Positions 15,819 to 24,888 of a DNA stretch of 64,000 nucleotides are shown one piece after another. The position numbers and the translations under genes are program-made. This stretch comes from Patescibacteria group bacterium (GTDB taxonomy: Bacteria > Patescibacteriota > Microgenomatia > Levybacterales > UBA12049), in assembly GCA_038062115.1 (NCBI GenBank), contig JBBTXS010000001.1, positions 10,607 to 74,606 of the forward strand, given 5' to 3'. The first letter of the stretch is position 1; each line of letters starts with the position of its first letter. Under the pieces are notes generated by a model that worked only from the letters and a program-made list of their open reading frames with translations, was not told the origin of the DNA and made no database searches.

Positions 15819-16934
15819 ATGTTAATAAAACCTCAGACAACCAATTTTGCCAAAATTCGAGTCATGGGGATAGGAGGTGGAGGTAACAATGCAGTTAACT
15901 CCATGATTGTTCAGAGCGAGGTAAAAGGAGTAGACTTTATTTCGGTAAATACCGATGCACAAGCTCTTCTTTTATGCCAATCTCCAACAAAACTTCAAAT
16001 AGGAGAAAATCTTACTAAGGGATTAGGGTCTGGCGGCAACCCCGAAATTGGCAGGCAAGCAGCAGAAGAATCTTACGAGAAAATAAAAGATATTATAGAG
16101 GCTTCAGACATGATTTTTTTAACAGCGGGAATGGGCGGAGGAACTGGAACTGGCGCAACGCCAATAATTGCAAAGGCAGCCAAAGAGGTTGGGGCTCTAA
16201 CTGTTGCTGTTGTTACAAAGCCTTTTACATTTGAGGGGACTCGTCGCATGGTAGCGGCAGAGGAGGGTATAGATACGTTGAGGGATAAGGTAGATACGCT
16301 TATTGTTATCCCAAATCAAAGGATTCTTGATGTTGTGGATAAAAAGATGTCGCTTCTTGAGGCATTTAGAGTTGCAGATTCTGTGCTTAGCCAAGGCGTC
16401 CAAGGAATCTCAGATATCATAACAGTTCCGGGGCTTATTAATGTTGACTTTGCCGATGTTAAAACTATTATGAGTAATTCTGGCTCGGCTCTAATGGGAG
16501 TAGGTACTGGAGTTGGTGAAAACAGGGCACAAACTGCCGCACGGATGGCTATCGCATCGCCTCTCCTTGAGATTTCTATGGAAGGAGCTCGAGGATTATT
16601 ATTAAATATTACAGGCGGATCTGATCTTACAATGAGCGAGGTTGATGAGGCGGCAAAAATTATTGCCCAATCTGCAGACCCTGATGCAAATATTATTTTT
16701 GGAGCAACAATAGATGAGGCTATGCGTGATCAGATAAAAATAACAGTTATTGCTACCGGATTTGATCAAACAAGGCAAACTCTTAAGGAGTTTATATCTC
16801 CACCTGTCAGTACAGCTAATCCAGATGGGCAAAATATTGAAGAGGATTTAGAAAAACCAAAGTCCAAAGAGATACCCAAGGAAGATAAAGACGAAATCTG
16901 GGACATCCCCGCATTCTTGAGGCAGAAGAACTAA
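15819..16934 (+). CDS. ftsZ: Cell-division GTPase FtsZ
   Basis: [11 protein letters not shown] and the tubulin signature [12 protein letters not shown] are present, with a C-terminal conserved peptide DIPAFLR. Confidence 0.97.
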   Translation: MLIKPQTTNFAKIRVMGIGGGGNNAVNSMIVQSEVKGVDFISVNTDAQALLLCQSPTKLQIGENLTKGLGSGGNPEIGRQAAEESYEKIKDIIEASDMIFLTAGMGGGTGTGATPIIAKAAKEVGALTVAVVTKPFTFEGTRRMVAAEEGIDTLRDKVDTLIVIPNQRILDVVDKKMSLLEAFRVADSVLSQGVQGISDIITVPGLINVDFADVKTIMSNSGSALMGVGTGVGENRAQTAARMAIASPLLEISMEGARGLLLNITGGSDLTMSEVDEAAKIIAQSADPDANIIFGATIDEAMRDQIKITVIATGFDQTRQTLKEFISPPVSTANPDGQNIEEDLEKPKSKEIPKEDKDEIWDIPAFLRQKN

Positions 16935-16960
16935 TCTTGTTGGCATGTATCATTTAATTT

Positions 16961-17815
16961 TTACTGCGATGATGGTTTAGGAAGGTATTCAGGAGGAACT
17001 GTTGCTTGCATTTCCCCTCGAATAATTTTACTAAGTTTTATATAATTTCCACCTGCTTCTTTAATAAGTTCGTCAACTGTTAAGCACTTTCCATCATGGA
17101 ATCGGTATCTTCGGAAGAGATTATAATTCTTGATTTTTTCATCAGCATAATTTTGAACACCTTTTATATCATATCCCACAAACAACACAGCGATATTATG
17201 AATTTTTTGCTGTAGCGCTCTTTTTACAATTGATTCGATGGCAGTAGTCATGGTGGTAAAAGCTTCCTCTCTGTGTCCTTGTGGAGCAACAATCTCTATT
17301 CCAGCTCTTTGTAATAGTGGAATTGCATGATCTGTATATTGCTTTGTATAGCCTGCAATTACTTTTAAGAGCTGGGGATCTGTCATATCTATCCCATATT
17401 CGTCTATTAACTTCCGAGCCAAAACAGTATCCTCGTTGGCTAATCTTCCTGTTTCTTTAGTAAAAATTGGGAAAACTTGTACATGGATTGGAGTTCCTAC
17501 AGGTTTATACCAACCTTTATGCTGATGTATACCGTTGGGTATAAAAACTTCTCTTCGACTAAAAGTCGAACTTCGAAATGTTCTTCCGATAACACGTGCC
17601 GAATCTCCTTTGTTTGCGTGCATGTGAGCGATTATGATTCCGTAACCCTCTTTATTAAGTTCCTCTGCTCTTTGCCACCCTTCTGATTTTGGTTTTGACG
17701 CTTCGGTAGGTAATGGTAGTAAAGCTGCTGTTCCAACTACGCGTCGAATGGCTTGTGCTGTTATAGGAACTCTTGTCTCTTGTGCTTCAGGTGATCGTGC
17801 CATAGCGATTTGCAT
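16961..17815 (-). CDS. Hypothetical protein with acyltransferase-like HX4D and PxG motifs (LPLAT/PlsC-like, tentative)
   Basis: HANKGD (HX4D) lies near residue 66 and IVAPQGHRE resembles the FPEGTR block. It is the only minus-strand gene between 0 and 23 kb. Confidence 0.35.
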   Translation of the reverse strand: MQIAMARSPEAQETRVPITAQAIRRVVGTAALLPLPTEASKPKSEGWQRAEELNKEGYGIIIAHMHANKGDSARVIGRTFRSSTFSRREVFIPNGIHQHKGWYKPVGTPIHVQVFPIFTKETGRLANEDTVLARKLIDEYGIDMTDPQLLKVIAGYTKQYTDHAIPLLQRAGIEIVAPQGHREEAFTTMTTAIESIVKRALQQKIHNIAVLFVGYDIKGVQNYADEKIKNYNLFRRYRFHDGKCLTVDELIKEAGGNYIKLSKIIRGEMQATVPPEYLPKPSSQ

Positions 17816-17863
17816 TATAGCAACTTCTTGAACAAATTGTTCGATTAGACTACAATATAAAAC

Positions 17864-20692
17864 ATGTTCAAACCAGTTTCCCCAAAAGTTGATTTCCCAA
17901 AGCTTGAAGAGGAGATTTTAAAGTTCTGGAAAAAAAACAAAATTTTTGAAAAGTCTCTCAAGAAAGAATCACCAAAAGGCGACTGGACATTTTTGGACGG
18001 TCCGCCATTTATAACTGGTCTTCCTCATTACGGAAGCCTTCTCTCAAGTATCCCCAAAGATGTTTTTCCACGATTTAAAACAATGCAAGGGTATAGGGTT
18101 CGCCGTGTTTGGGGGTGGGACTGCCATGGTCTGCCTGCAGAAAATAAAGTGGAAGAGAAGCTTAAAATTCAAAGAAAGAAAGATATAGAAGAGAAAATTG
18201 GTGTTAAGCGCTTCATTGATGAGTGTAAACTGTATGTCTCACAAGTTTCTTTAGAATGGGAGTGGTATGTGGATCATATTGGTAGGTGGGTGGATTTAAA
18301 AAATGCCTACAGAACCATGGATATTGCTTATATGGAAAGCGTTTTGTGGGTGTTTAGAAACATGTATGATAAAGGGCTAATTTATAGGGGACTTCGCGTT
18401 TCACTTTATTGTCCTCATTGTGCAACGCCAATCTCTAATTTTGAAGTCGCGATGGATGTGGATAACTATAAAGAAGTTTTGGACTCGGCAACTACCTATA
18501 AATATCAATTAAAAGACGAAAAGAACACTTATGTTCTCGCGTGGTCGACAACTCCATGGAATAAAATTGTTACGCCCGCTTTGGCTGTTAACCCAAAACT
18601 AACTTATATAAAAATTGCTCAAGGCAAGGAAAAATATATTTTAGCTAAATCAACTGCAAAAATGATTGTTGGTGAATACAAAATAGAGGATGAATTTAAA
18701 GGCGAAAAATTAGTAGGAAAAAAATTTGTTCCTCATTATGACTACTATTCAGTTTTAAAAGGAGAGAAAGCGTTTGAAATTATAGGAGGAGATTTTGTAA
18801 CAGATGAGGAGGGGACGGGGGTTGTGACAATCGCTTCCTATGGGGAAGAAGATTTAAAGGTAATGGTTTCTCAAAACATACATATAGAAATGCACCTAGA
18901 TGGGGAAGGAATCATAAAAAAAGATGTGCCTCTTTTTGGCGGGATGTATTATCTTAAAGCCAATAAAGCTGTAAATGAAGATTTAAGAAAACGGCGTCTT
19001 ATTTATAAGGATCAAGAACTTCCGCATAGCGTCCCTCTTTGCTGGAGGTGTTCAACAAGACTTTATTATGCTCCTCAGGACGCTTGGTATGTAAATGTCC
19101 AAAAATTAAAAGACAAAATGAAAAAAACAAACGATCTTGTCAATTGGTTTCCCTCTCATTTTAAGCATGGAAGATTTTTAAAAAGTTTGGAAAGTGCTCC
19201 TGATTGGAATATTTCAAGAAGCAGATACTGGGGATCGCCGGTTCCAGTGTGGGAATGCGAATGCAATGAGCGGTTTGTTCCGGGATCGATTAAAGAGCTT
19301 GAGAAACGATCAGGAAGCAAAATTACTGATTTACACAAACCAGAAATAGATAAAGTTACGATAATATGCGACAAGTGCGGTAAGAGCGCTCATCGCGTTT
19401 CGGAAGTTTTGGATAGCTGGATTGAGGCGGGAAGCGCTTCATTTGGGGAACGCCATTATCCTTTTGATCCGCCAGCCGGCGGACAAAATATAAAAGATTT
19501 TTACCCTCCGGATTTTATAGGTGAGTATACTGGTCAAATACGAGCGTGGTTTTATGTGCTTCATGTAATCGCTAATGCATTAAATCTTCGAGATGACGGC
19601 CTAAATGTGCTATCAAAAAATGTTTTAGTTGAAGGAATAATTTTAGGGACAGATGGTAGGAAGATGAGCAAAAATTATGGTAATTATCCAGATCCAAGAG
19701 AAATGCTTGGAAAATATGGAGGAGATGCGTTACGTCTCTATTTGCTTTCTTCACCTGTTATGAATGGTGAAGATATTTTAATTTCGGAAGAGCAATACAG
19801 AAATCAAGTTAAAGGCATGATGTTAATTTTATGGAATGTTTACAATTTTTTTGTAACATATTCTAATCTTGTAAATTGGAATTGTGATTTAAAAACAGGA
19901 GAGTTGACCGTGTTAGACAGATGGATACTTGCAAGACTTACGCAGTTGGTTATAGAGACAAACGAAAATTTAGAAAAATATAATACTATAGCGGCTACAA
20001 GAGCAATTGAAAATTTTGTTATTAATGATTTTTCGACTTGGTATATTAGGCGATCACGAAATCGAGTAGGTTTTAGTGCTGACAAAAAAGACAGAGACAC
20101 GGCGTTATCAGTAATGTATGGGGTTTTAGTAGCTTTGAGTAAGCTAATAGCTCCAATTACTCCTTTTATTGCTGAGGAGATATTTCGGAACCTAACTCAG
20201 GAAGAATCAGTACATCTACAAGACTTTCCAAAAGGAGATAGAAGTTTACTAAATAAAGAATTAATAAAAGATATGGATTTAGTTAGGAAAATTGTAGAAC
20301 TTGGTCATGCATTTAGAAAAGAGAAAAATATAAAGGTTAGACAACCGCTTTCTAAATTTTCAATTTTCAATTTTCAATTTTCAATCGATAGAGAATTGGT
20401 TGACTTAATAAAAGACGAACTAAATGTTAAGGAAGTCTCATTTATAAAGGGGAAAGGAGAATTAAGAGTTGAGTTCGATACTTTTCTAACTCAAGAGTTA
20501 AAAGATGAAGGATTGGCACGGGATATTGTTAGGCAAATCCAGGATGCACGAAAAAAGACTAGGACGAGATTCGATGAATGGGTAAATGTTATTTTTCCAG
20601 ACTGGCCTTATGAATTCGAAGAATACATAAAACAGAGGGCCTTAGTTAAAAAACTAGAAAAAGGAAATAAGTTTTTGGTTGCACCCGCATGA
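17864..20692 (+). CDS. ileS: Isoleucyl-tRNA synthetase (type 2 / eukaryote-like form)
   Basis: DGPPFITGLPHYGS (the HIGH region), GWDCHGLPAE and KMSKNYGNYPDP (KMSKS) match the class Ia IleRS pattern rather than ValRS. Confidence 0.9.
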   Translation: MFKPVSPKVDFPKLEEEILKFWKKNKIFEKSLKKESPKGDWTFLDGPPFITGLPHYGSLLSSIPKDVFPRFKTMQGYRVRRVWGWDCHGLPAENKVEEKLKIQRKKDIEEKIGVKRFIDECKLYVSQVSLEWEWYVDHIGRWVDLKNAYRTMDIAYMESVLWVFRNMYDKGLIYRGLRVSLYCPHCATPISNFEVAMDVDNYKEVLDSATTYKYQLKDEKNTYVLAWSTTPWNKIVTPALAVNPKLTYIKIAQGKEKYILAKSTAKMIVGEYKIEDEFKGEKLVGKKFVPHYDYYSVLKGEKAFEIIGGDFVTDEEGTGVVTIASYGEEDLKVMVSQNIHIEMHLDGEGIIKKDVPLFGGMYYLKANKAVNEDLRKRRLIYKDQELPHSVPLCWRCSTRLYYAPQDAWYVNVQKLKDKMKKTNDLVNWFPSHFKHGRFLKSLESAPDWNISRSRYWGSPVPVWECECNERFVPGSIKELEKRSGSKITDLHKPEIDKVTIICDKCGKSAHRVSEVLDSWIEAGSASFGERHYPFDPPAGGQNIKDFYPPDFIGEYTGQIRAWFYVLHVIANALNLRDDGLNVLSKNVLVEGIILGTDGRKMSKNYGNYPDPREMLGKYGGDALRLYLLSSPVMNGEDILISEEQYRNQVKGMMLILWNVYNFFVTYSNLVNWNCDLKTGELTVLDRWILARLTQLVIETNENLEKYNTIAATRAIENFVINDFSTWYIRRSRNRVGFSADKKDRDTALSVMYGVLVALSKLIAPITPFIAEEIFRNLTQEESVHLQDFPKGDRSLLNKELIKDMDLVRKIVELGHAFRKEKNIKVRQPLSKFSIFNFQFSIDRELVDLIKDELNVKEVSFIKGKGELRVEFDTFLTQELKDEGLARDIVRQIQDARKKTRTRFDEWVNVIFPDWPYEFEEYIKQRALVKKLEKGNKFLVAPA
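20357..20384. repeat. Heptanucleotide tandem repeat (TTTTCAA)x4 inside ileS
   Basis: Four perfect 7-nt units read directly from the sequence. They encode FSIFNFQFSI. Confidence 0.9.
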
Positions 20693-21768
20693 ATAAGAGG
20701 TTTCTTTTTAGTCTTGACTATGGTTTAATCGTTCCCGCAATTGTTTTGGTGACTTTAAGCTTAACTACTCTTTTTTCCATAAATATTGCATTATTTAAGA
20801 ATCAATTAATTTTTTTTATTATATCAATTTTGGCTTTAATATTTTTCTCTCAAGTTAATTATAAAATTCTTAAAAAATATTGTGGGTTAATCTATGTTAC
20901 ATCAATTGTTCTTTTTATTTTGGTTTTAGTAATTGGGGTTGAAAGTAGAGGTTCTGTTAGGTGGTTTGAGATTATGGGGTTTAGAATCCAGTTTTCAGAG
21001 ATTCTTAAACCTTTTCTTGCTATATCTTTTTCAGCATATCTTGCAAATAGAGAAAATCATTCTTACAAAACATTTTTTTTAATAATTTGTTTTTTAGCCC
21101 CAATTGCTGTTTTAATTTTAGTTCAACCAGATCTCGGAAACGCGTTAATATACATATTGGTAACTGTACTTACCTTATTTATTTACGGGTTTCCATTGCC
21201 TTTATTTTTGCTAAGTTCTATTTTAGTAAGTATCGTTGCGCCTTTTCTTTGGCAATTTATGCATCAATACCAAAAACAGCGTATTATTACCTTTTTTCAT
21301 CCGACCGACCCTTTAGGTTTTTCTTATAACGCTATTCAATCAATAATAACAATTGGTTCGGGAATGATTGTAGGTAAGGGTCTAGGACAAGGCACTCAAT
21401 CAGGGCTTCAATTTCTACCAGAGCGTCATACTGATTTTATTTTTGCCACTCTATCTGAAGGGTTGGGGTTTATTGGCGGAGTTATTGTTTTATTGTCTTT
21501 TTCTTTTCTTTTGTACAGAATTATTATAATTTTTTCAAATGCTCAAGACTCTTTTTTTAAACTTTTTGCAATAACCGTTTTTTCTCTTATACTTTTACAA
21601 TTTTTTATAAATATAGGCATGAATATAGGCGTCATTCCTGTTGTTGGCGTTACATTGCCTTTTATTTCTTATGGAGGAAGCTCTCTTTTATCTAACTTTA
21701 TAATACTTGGCATTCTTTCTGCTATTAGCCAAGATCCAACCAAAAGAAAAGTTCTGGAAATTAATTAG
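20689..21768 (+). CDS. rodA: SEDS-family elongation peptidoglycan polymerase RodA
   Basis: This second SEDS paralogue carries QPDLGNA, LPERHTDFIFA and LPFISYGGSS. Its ATGA overlaps the ileS stop. Confidence 0.8.
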   Translation: MNKRFLFSLDYGLIVPAIVLVTLSLTTLFSINIALFKNQLIFFIISILALIFFSQVNYKILKKYCGLIYVTSIVLFILVLVIGVESRGSVRWFEIMGFRIQFSEILKPFLAISFSAYLANRENHSYKTFFLIICFLAPIAVLILVQPDLGNALIYILVTVLTLFIYGFPLPLFLLSSILVSIVAPFLWQFMHQYQKQRIITFFHPTDPLGFSYNAIQSIITIGSGMIVGKGLGQGTQSGLQFLPERHTDFIFATLSEGLGFIGGVIVLLSFSFLLYRIIIIFSNAQDSFFKLFAITVFSLILLQFFINIGMNIGVIPVVGVTLPFISYGGSSLLSNFIILGILSAISQDPTKRKVLEIN

Positions 21769-21789
21769 AAGGTCTGATATAATAACTTT

Positions 21790-22116
21790 ATGGAATATGC
21801 AATTTTTAGATCGGGTGGCAAACAATACAAAGTTTCTAAAGGTAGCATAATTGAAGTTGATAGACTTCCTTTGGTTGAAGGCAAAGAGACAATGCTAGAT
21901 GATGTGCTCCTGTGGGTTGCAAATGGAGAGTCCAAGATTGGAACACCAAAGCTTGCAAATGTTAAAGTAAGGGCCAAGATTTTAGGACAAATAAAGGGAG
22001 ATAAAATAAGAGTTGCTAAATTTAAGGCAAAAGTTAGATACAGAAGAGTTATGGGCTTTCGACCCTCTTTAACTCGATTACAGATTGAAGATATTGAATC
22101 ATTGTCAACTACTTGA
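21790..22116 (+). CDS. rplU: 50S ribosomal protein L21
   Basis: MEYAIFRSGGKQYKV is the canonical L21 N-terminus. Confidence 0.95.
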   Translation: MEYAIFRSGGKQYKVSKGSIIEVDRLPLVEGKETMLDDVLLWVANGESKIGTPKLANVKVRAKILGQIKGDKIRVAKFKAKVRYRRVMGFRPSLTRLQIEDIESLSTT

Positions 22117-22190
22117 TCTACTTTGATCTGCTTGACTTCTGTGAAAAATGCATATAAAATATTTTTGTTTTCACAAAGAAGGTCATATTT

Positions 22191-22442
22191 ATGGCACATA
22201 CAAAAGCTCAAGGTTCGGTAAAAGGAAATAGAGATTCTATTTCAAAACGACTAGGAATTAAGCTTTATGCAGGGCAGAAAGCTTTTACTGGCAATATTAT
22301 TGCTCGACAAAAAGGTAGTAAGTTTTTTCCAGGAATAGGTGTTTCTATAGGTCGCGATTTTACGCTTTTTGCTACACGTAATGGGGTTGTTAATTTTAGA
22401 ATCTTGAAAGGCAAGAAGATCGCCGAAGTAAGAAATAATTAG
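22191..22442 (+). CDS. rpmA: 50S ribosomal protein L27
   Basis: MAHTKAQGS...GNIIARQKGSKFFPG is the canonical L27 pattern. Confidence 0.95.
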   Translation: MAHTKAQGSVKGNRDSISKRLGIKLYAGQKAFTGNIIARQKGSKFFPGIGVSIGRDFTLFATRNGVVNFRILKGKKIAEVRNN

Positions 22443-22465
22443 TTAATCAAATAGTTGCCCTTTAT

Positions 22466-23311
22466 ATGGATAATATAGACGAAAGAATATTTGAATTGGA
22501 TGTCAATTTACTTCAGTCGAATCCCCTTCAGCCGCGAGGAATTATACCGCCTCAATCTCTAAACGAGCTTGTTGATTCTATAAGAGAGCAGGGAATTTTA
22601 GAGCCATTAGTTATTGCTAGAACTCCAGCAGGATACCAAATAGTTGCAGGGGAAAGGCGCTGGCGTGCTGCTAAGATACTTGGGATTCAAAAAGTACCAG
22701 TGGTAATTAAGGAAACAACACCTCAGGGGATGCTTGAAATGTCTATTGTGGAAAATGTTCAGCGAGAAGACTTAAACCCAATAGAAAGAGCGCAAGCTTA
22801 TAAAAGATTAATAGACGACTTTGGTCTTGCAACAAACGAAGTAGCAAAAAGAGTTGGCAAAAGCTCCCCAACAATATCAAATACAATAAGACTCTTGTCT
22901 CTTCCCGATGCAATTAAAGACGCATTGGTTGCTGGAGTCATTACAGAAGGGCATGTTCGTCCTCTCATATCTTTAGGCGACACGCAATTGATGCTTGATC
23001 TATTTAAAAAGATTTTGCGAGATAATTTTACAGTGAGAGCAACAGAAGATAAAGCTCGCGAAATTAAAGGCGAAGTTCAAAAAAAAGAGCCTCATGCTAT
23101 ACATGATAGACTTTGGATTCCCGAACTTGACGAAATGGCTAAAAATTTAGAGAAAAAGCATAATTTGGGTAAAGTAACTATATATCAATCCAGAAGTTTA
23201 GGAAGAATAGTTATTGTAGTTAGGGGAAGCGTTGAGGAAAGTGGGTCTAAAATTAAAGAAATTTATAATGTCCTTATGCAAGAATCTACAGCTCGCGGAT
23301 CCTCAGGATGA
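22466..23311 (+). CDS. parB: ParB/Spo0J chromosome-partitioning protein
   Basis: The GERRWRAAKILG arginine patch, an HTH segment and the NP..PR N-terminal box are present. No parA is adjacent. Confidence 0.9.
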   Translation: MDNIDERIFELDVNLLQSNPLQPRGIIPPQSLNELVDSIREQGILEPLVIARTPAGYQIVAGERRWRAAKILGIQKVPVVIKETTPQGMLEMSIVENVQREDLNPIERAQAYKRLIDDFGLATNEVAKRVGKSSPTISNTIRLLSLPDAIKDALVAGVITEGHVRPLISLGDTQLMLDLFKKILRDNFTVRATEDKAREIKGEVQKKEPHAIHDRLWIPELDEMAKNLEKKHNLGKVTIYQSRSLGRIVIVVRGSVEESGSKIKEIYNVLMQESTARGSSG

Positions 23312-23335
23312 AAATGGTTTATAACCCAGATTCAG

Positions 23336-23896
23336 TTATTTATAAGGATTTTTAATAAGACTCATAGAATCTAGCGGCCAGTAGGCAAAAAATGACTCTC
23401 CTATTATATTTTTTCTAGGAACAAAACCCCATTCTCTTGAATCCGAGCTATAAAGCCTGTTATCTCCTAAAACAAAATAATTTTCATCTGTTACAGTTAT
23501 TTCTTGCGATTCTTTAAGAAATGATCCTGCGTTAGTTTCAATTTCTCGTTTTATGTAAGAGATTTCATCAAGCTTTTTGCCATTAAGATAGATATTTCCG
23601 TCTTTAATAAGCACTCTATCCCCAGGGACGCCGATAACTCTTTTTATATAGTCTTTTTCTGGATCTTGAGGGGATTTGAATACAATTACAACGCCTAGTT
23701 TTGGGTCGTGGAAATGAAGACTAATTATATTGGTAAGAATATATTGATTATCACGAAAATTAGGATACATAGACTCTCCCTTTACCTGAAAAGGACGAAA
23801 GAAAAAAATATATATGACAAGAAATACACTAGCAGCCAATAAAAGGCTTTGAATTGTGTCGATTAAGAAGTTGTAAATTTTGCGTATTATAAACAT
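23336..23896 (-). CDS. lepB: Signal peptidase I
   Basis: GESMYPNF (the catalytic Ser box), KRVIGVPGD and GDNRLYSSDSREWG are present. Confidence 0.9.
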   Translation of the reverse strand: MFIIRKIYNFLIDTIQSLLLAASVFLVIYIFFFRPFQVKGESMYPNFRDNQYILTNIISLHFHDPKLGVVIVFKSPQDPEKDYIKRVIGVPGDRVLIKDGNIYLNGKKLDEISYIKREIETNAGSFLKESQEITVTDENYFVLGDNRLYSSDSREWGFVPRKNIIGESFFAYWPLDSMSLIKNPYK

Positions 23897-23925
23897 CTAA
23901 TTTATTGTCGTAGATTTAGCACCTT

Positions 23926-23954
23926 TTGTCAATGAGGGCTATTTATGATAAGAT
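23926..23954 (+). promoter_or_regulatory. Sigma70-like promoter candidate for tRNA-Val
   Basis: TTGTCA (23926-23931), a 17-nt spacer and TAAGAT (23949-23954). The mature tRNA 5' end lies 11 nt downstream. Confidence 0.4.
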
Positions 23955-23965
23955 GAGCTAAATTT

Positions 23966-24037
23966 GGACTCGTAGCTCAGCGGTAGAGCGCTTCATTCAC
24001 ATTGAAGAAGTCAGAGGTTCGAATCCTCTCGGGTCCA
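23966..24037 (+). tRNA. tRNA-Val (anticodon CAC)
   Basis: I folded the cloverleaf by hand. The acceptor stem is GGACTCG/CGGGTCC (one G-U pair). The D arm is GCTC-AGCGGTA-GAGC. The anticodon stem CTTCA/TGAAG carries loop TTCACAT. The T arm is AGAGG-TTCGAAT-CCTCT. The discriminator is A and CCA is not encoded. Confidence 0.9.
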
Positions 24038-24059
24038 CAAATCTAAAATTCTGAACAAA

Positions 24060-24083
24060 CTTTAATACTGGAAAGTATTAAAG
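24060..24083 (+). terminator. AT-rich hairpin after tRNA (weak terminator candidate)
   Basis: CTTTAATACT-GGAA-AGTATTAAAG forms a 10-bp stem, and a T-rich stretch lies ~15 nt downstream. Confidence 0.3.
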
Positions 24084-24295
24084 AAATGTTTCATTCTTTT
24101 TATATACAACGACCTACGAGGTAGCGAAGCTGCCACTTCATAGATCTAACTACCGTAACCCCCAATCCCTCGAACCATATCGCTAATTTTGTAATGCAAG
24201 ATGTCCCAAACACAAAAGTAGTGAAAAAAAGTACTAAAGAGATTATAATAAGAATGTAAATAGATCTAGAAATAGATTGATACTAAGATAAAGTT

Positions 24296-24433
24296 ATGCA
24301 TACGCCGAAAAAATCAATTATTGCCAAGCAGGCAAAAGCCTACCTATATGAAAAGCAACTCGACCATATAGTTTATAAACTCTACGGCATTACGCCGGAG
24401 GAAATTGAAGTTGTGGATAGTAATAATGAATAA
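24296..24433 (+). pseudogene. C-terminal remnant (45 codons) of an R-M / N6-adenine methyltransferase-type enzyme
   Basis: It translates to MHTPKKSIIAKQAKAYLYEKQLDHIVYKLYGITPEEIEVVDSNNE. The LD..VY.LYG(L/I)T.EEI..(V/I) ending is the characteristic C-terminus of type IIG/Eco57I-like and related methyltransferase-containing restriction enzymes. Stops lie immediately upstream, so only the stump remains. Confidence 0.55.
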
Positions 24434-24689
24434 AGACAATAAGTATACAGCCTTCAGCCATAATGAAATTGATAGATTCTTCAGGTTTTTAGAATATATA
24501 TTAATTGTATCAGCACTTTACTATCTAAGCGAGCTAAGTGGGCATATGTTGTTAAAGGTTGTTTTTTACGTTGGTTATTTCTTTTTATATGTGGAGTTAT
24601 TAAACCTATCCAGTGCACTAATAGATCCTTACTCAGAAATTAGACTTATAAAGAAGCATCGATTAATGTTTAGAATGGTAGTTTTTTAA
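24426..24689 (+). CDS. Hypothetical small membrane protein
   Basis: An 87-aa ORF with two hydrophobic helices and no recognisable motif. Its start overlaps the remnant stop. Confidence 0.3.
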   Translation: MNKDNKYTAFSHNEIDRFFRFLEYILIVSALYYLSELSGHMLLKVVFYVGYFFLYVELLNLSSALIDPYSEIRLIKKHRLMFRMVVF

Positions 24690-24888
24690 TTTCAGCTATC
24701 TTTACTGCAGGACTACAGGTTGGCATTAATATTATAATTTATGAACATCTTCTAATAAAATAGTTTTGTATTTTTATCGCCAAAGAAATTACAATTGTGG
24801 AAGGTAAAAATGACACACTTTGATTTATCACCGGCGGAGAAAATTACGAAATGATAATGGGGACAGGTAGAGTACAATTAAATTAACT

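Noticed and set aside
17816-17863. Possible T-box or other leader upstream of ileS
   Set aside because: Only 48 nt separate ileS from the divergent upstream gene. That is too short for a T-box riboswitch, and no specifier or antiterminator structure is visible.
22139-22182. Inverted repeat TGTGAAAA ... TTTTCACA between rplU and rpmA, considered as a ribosomal-protein leader or attenuator
   Set aside because: The 8-bp AT-rich stem has a loop of about 24-30 nt and would be weak. It overlaps a plausible TTGACT/TAAAAT promoter, and I recognise no known leader motif.
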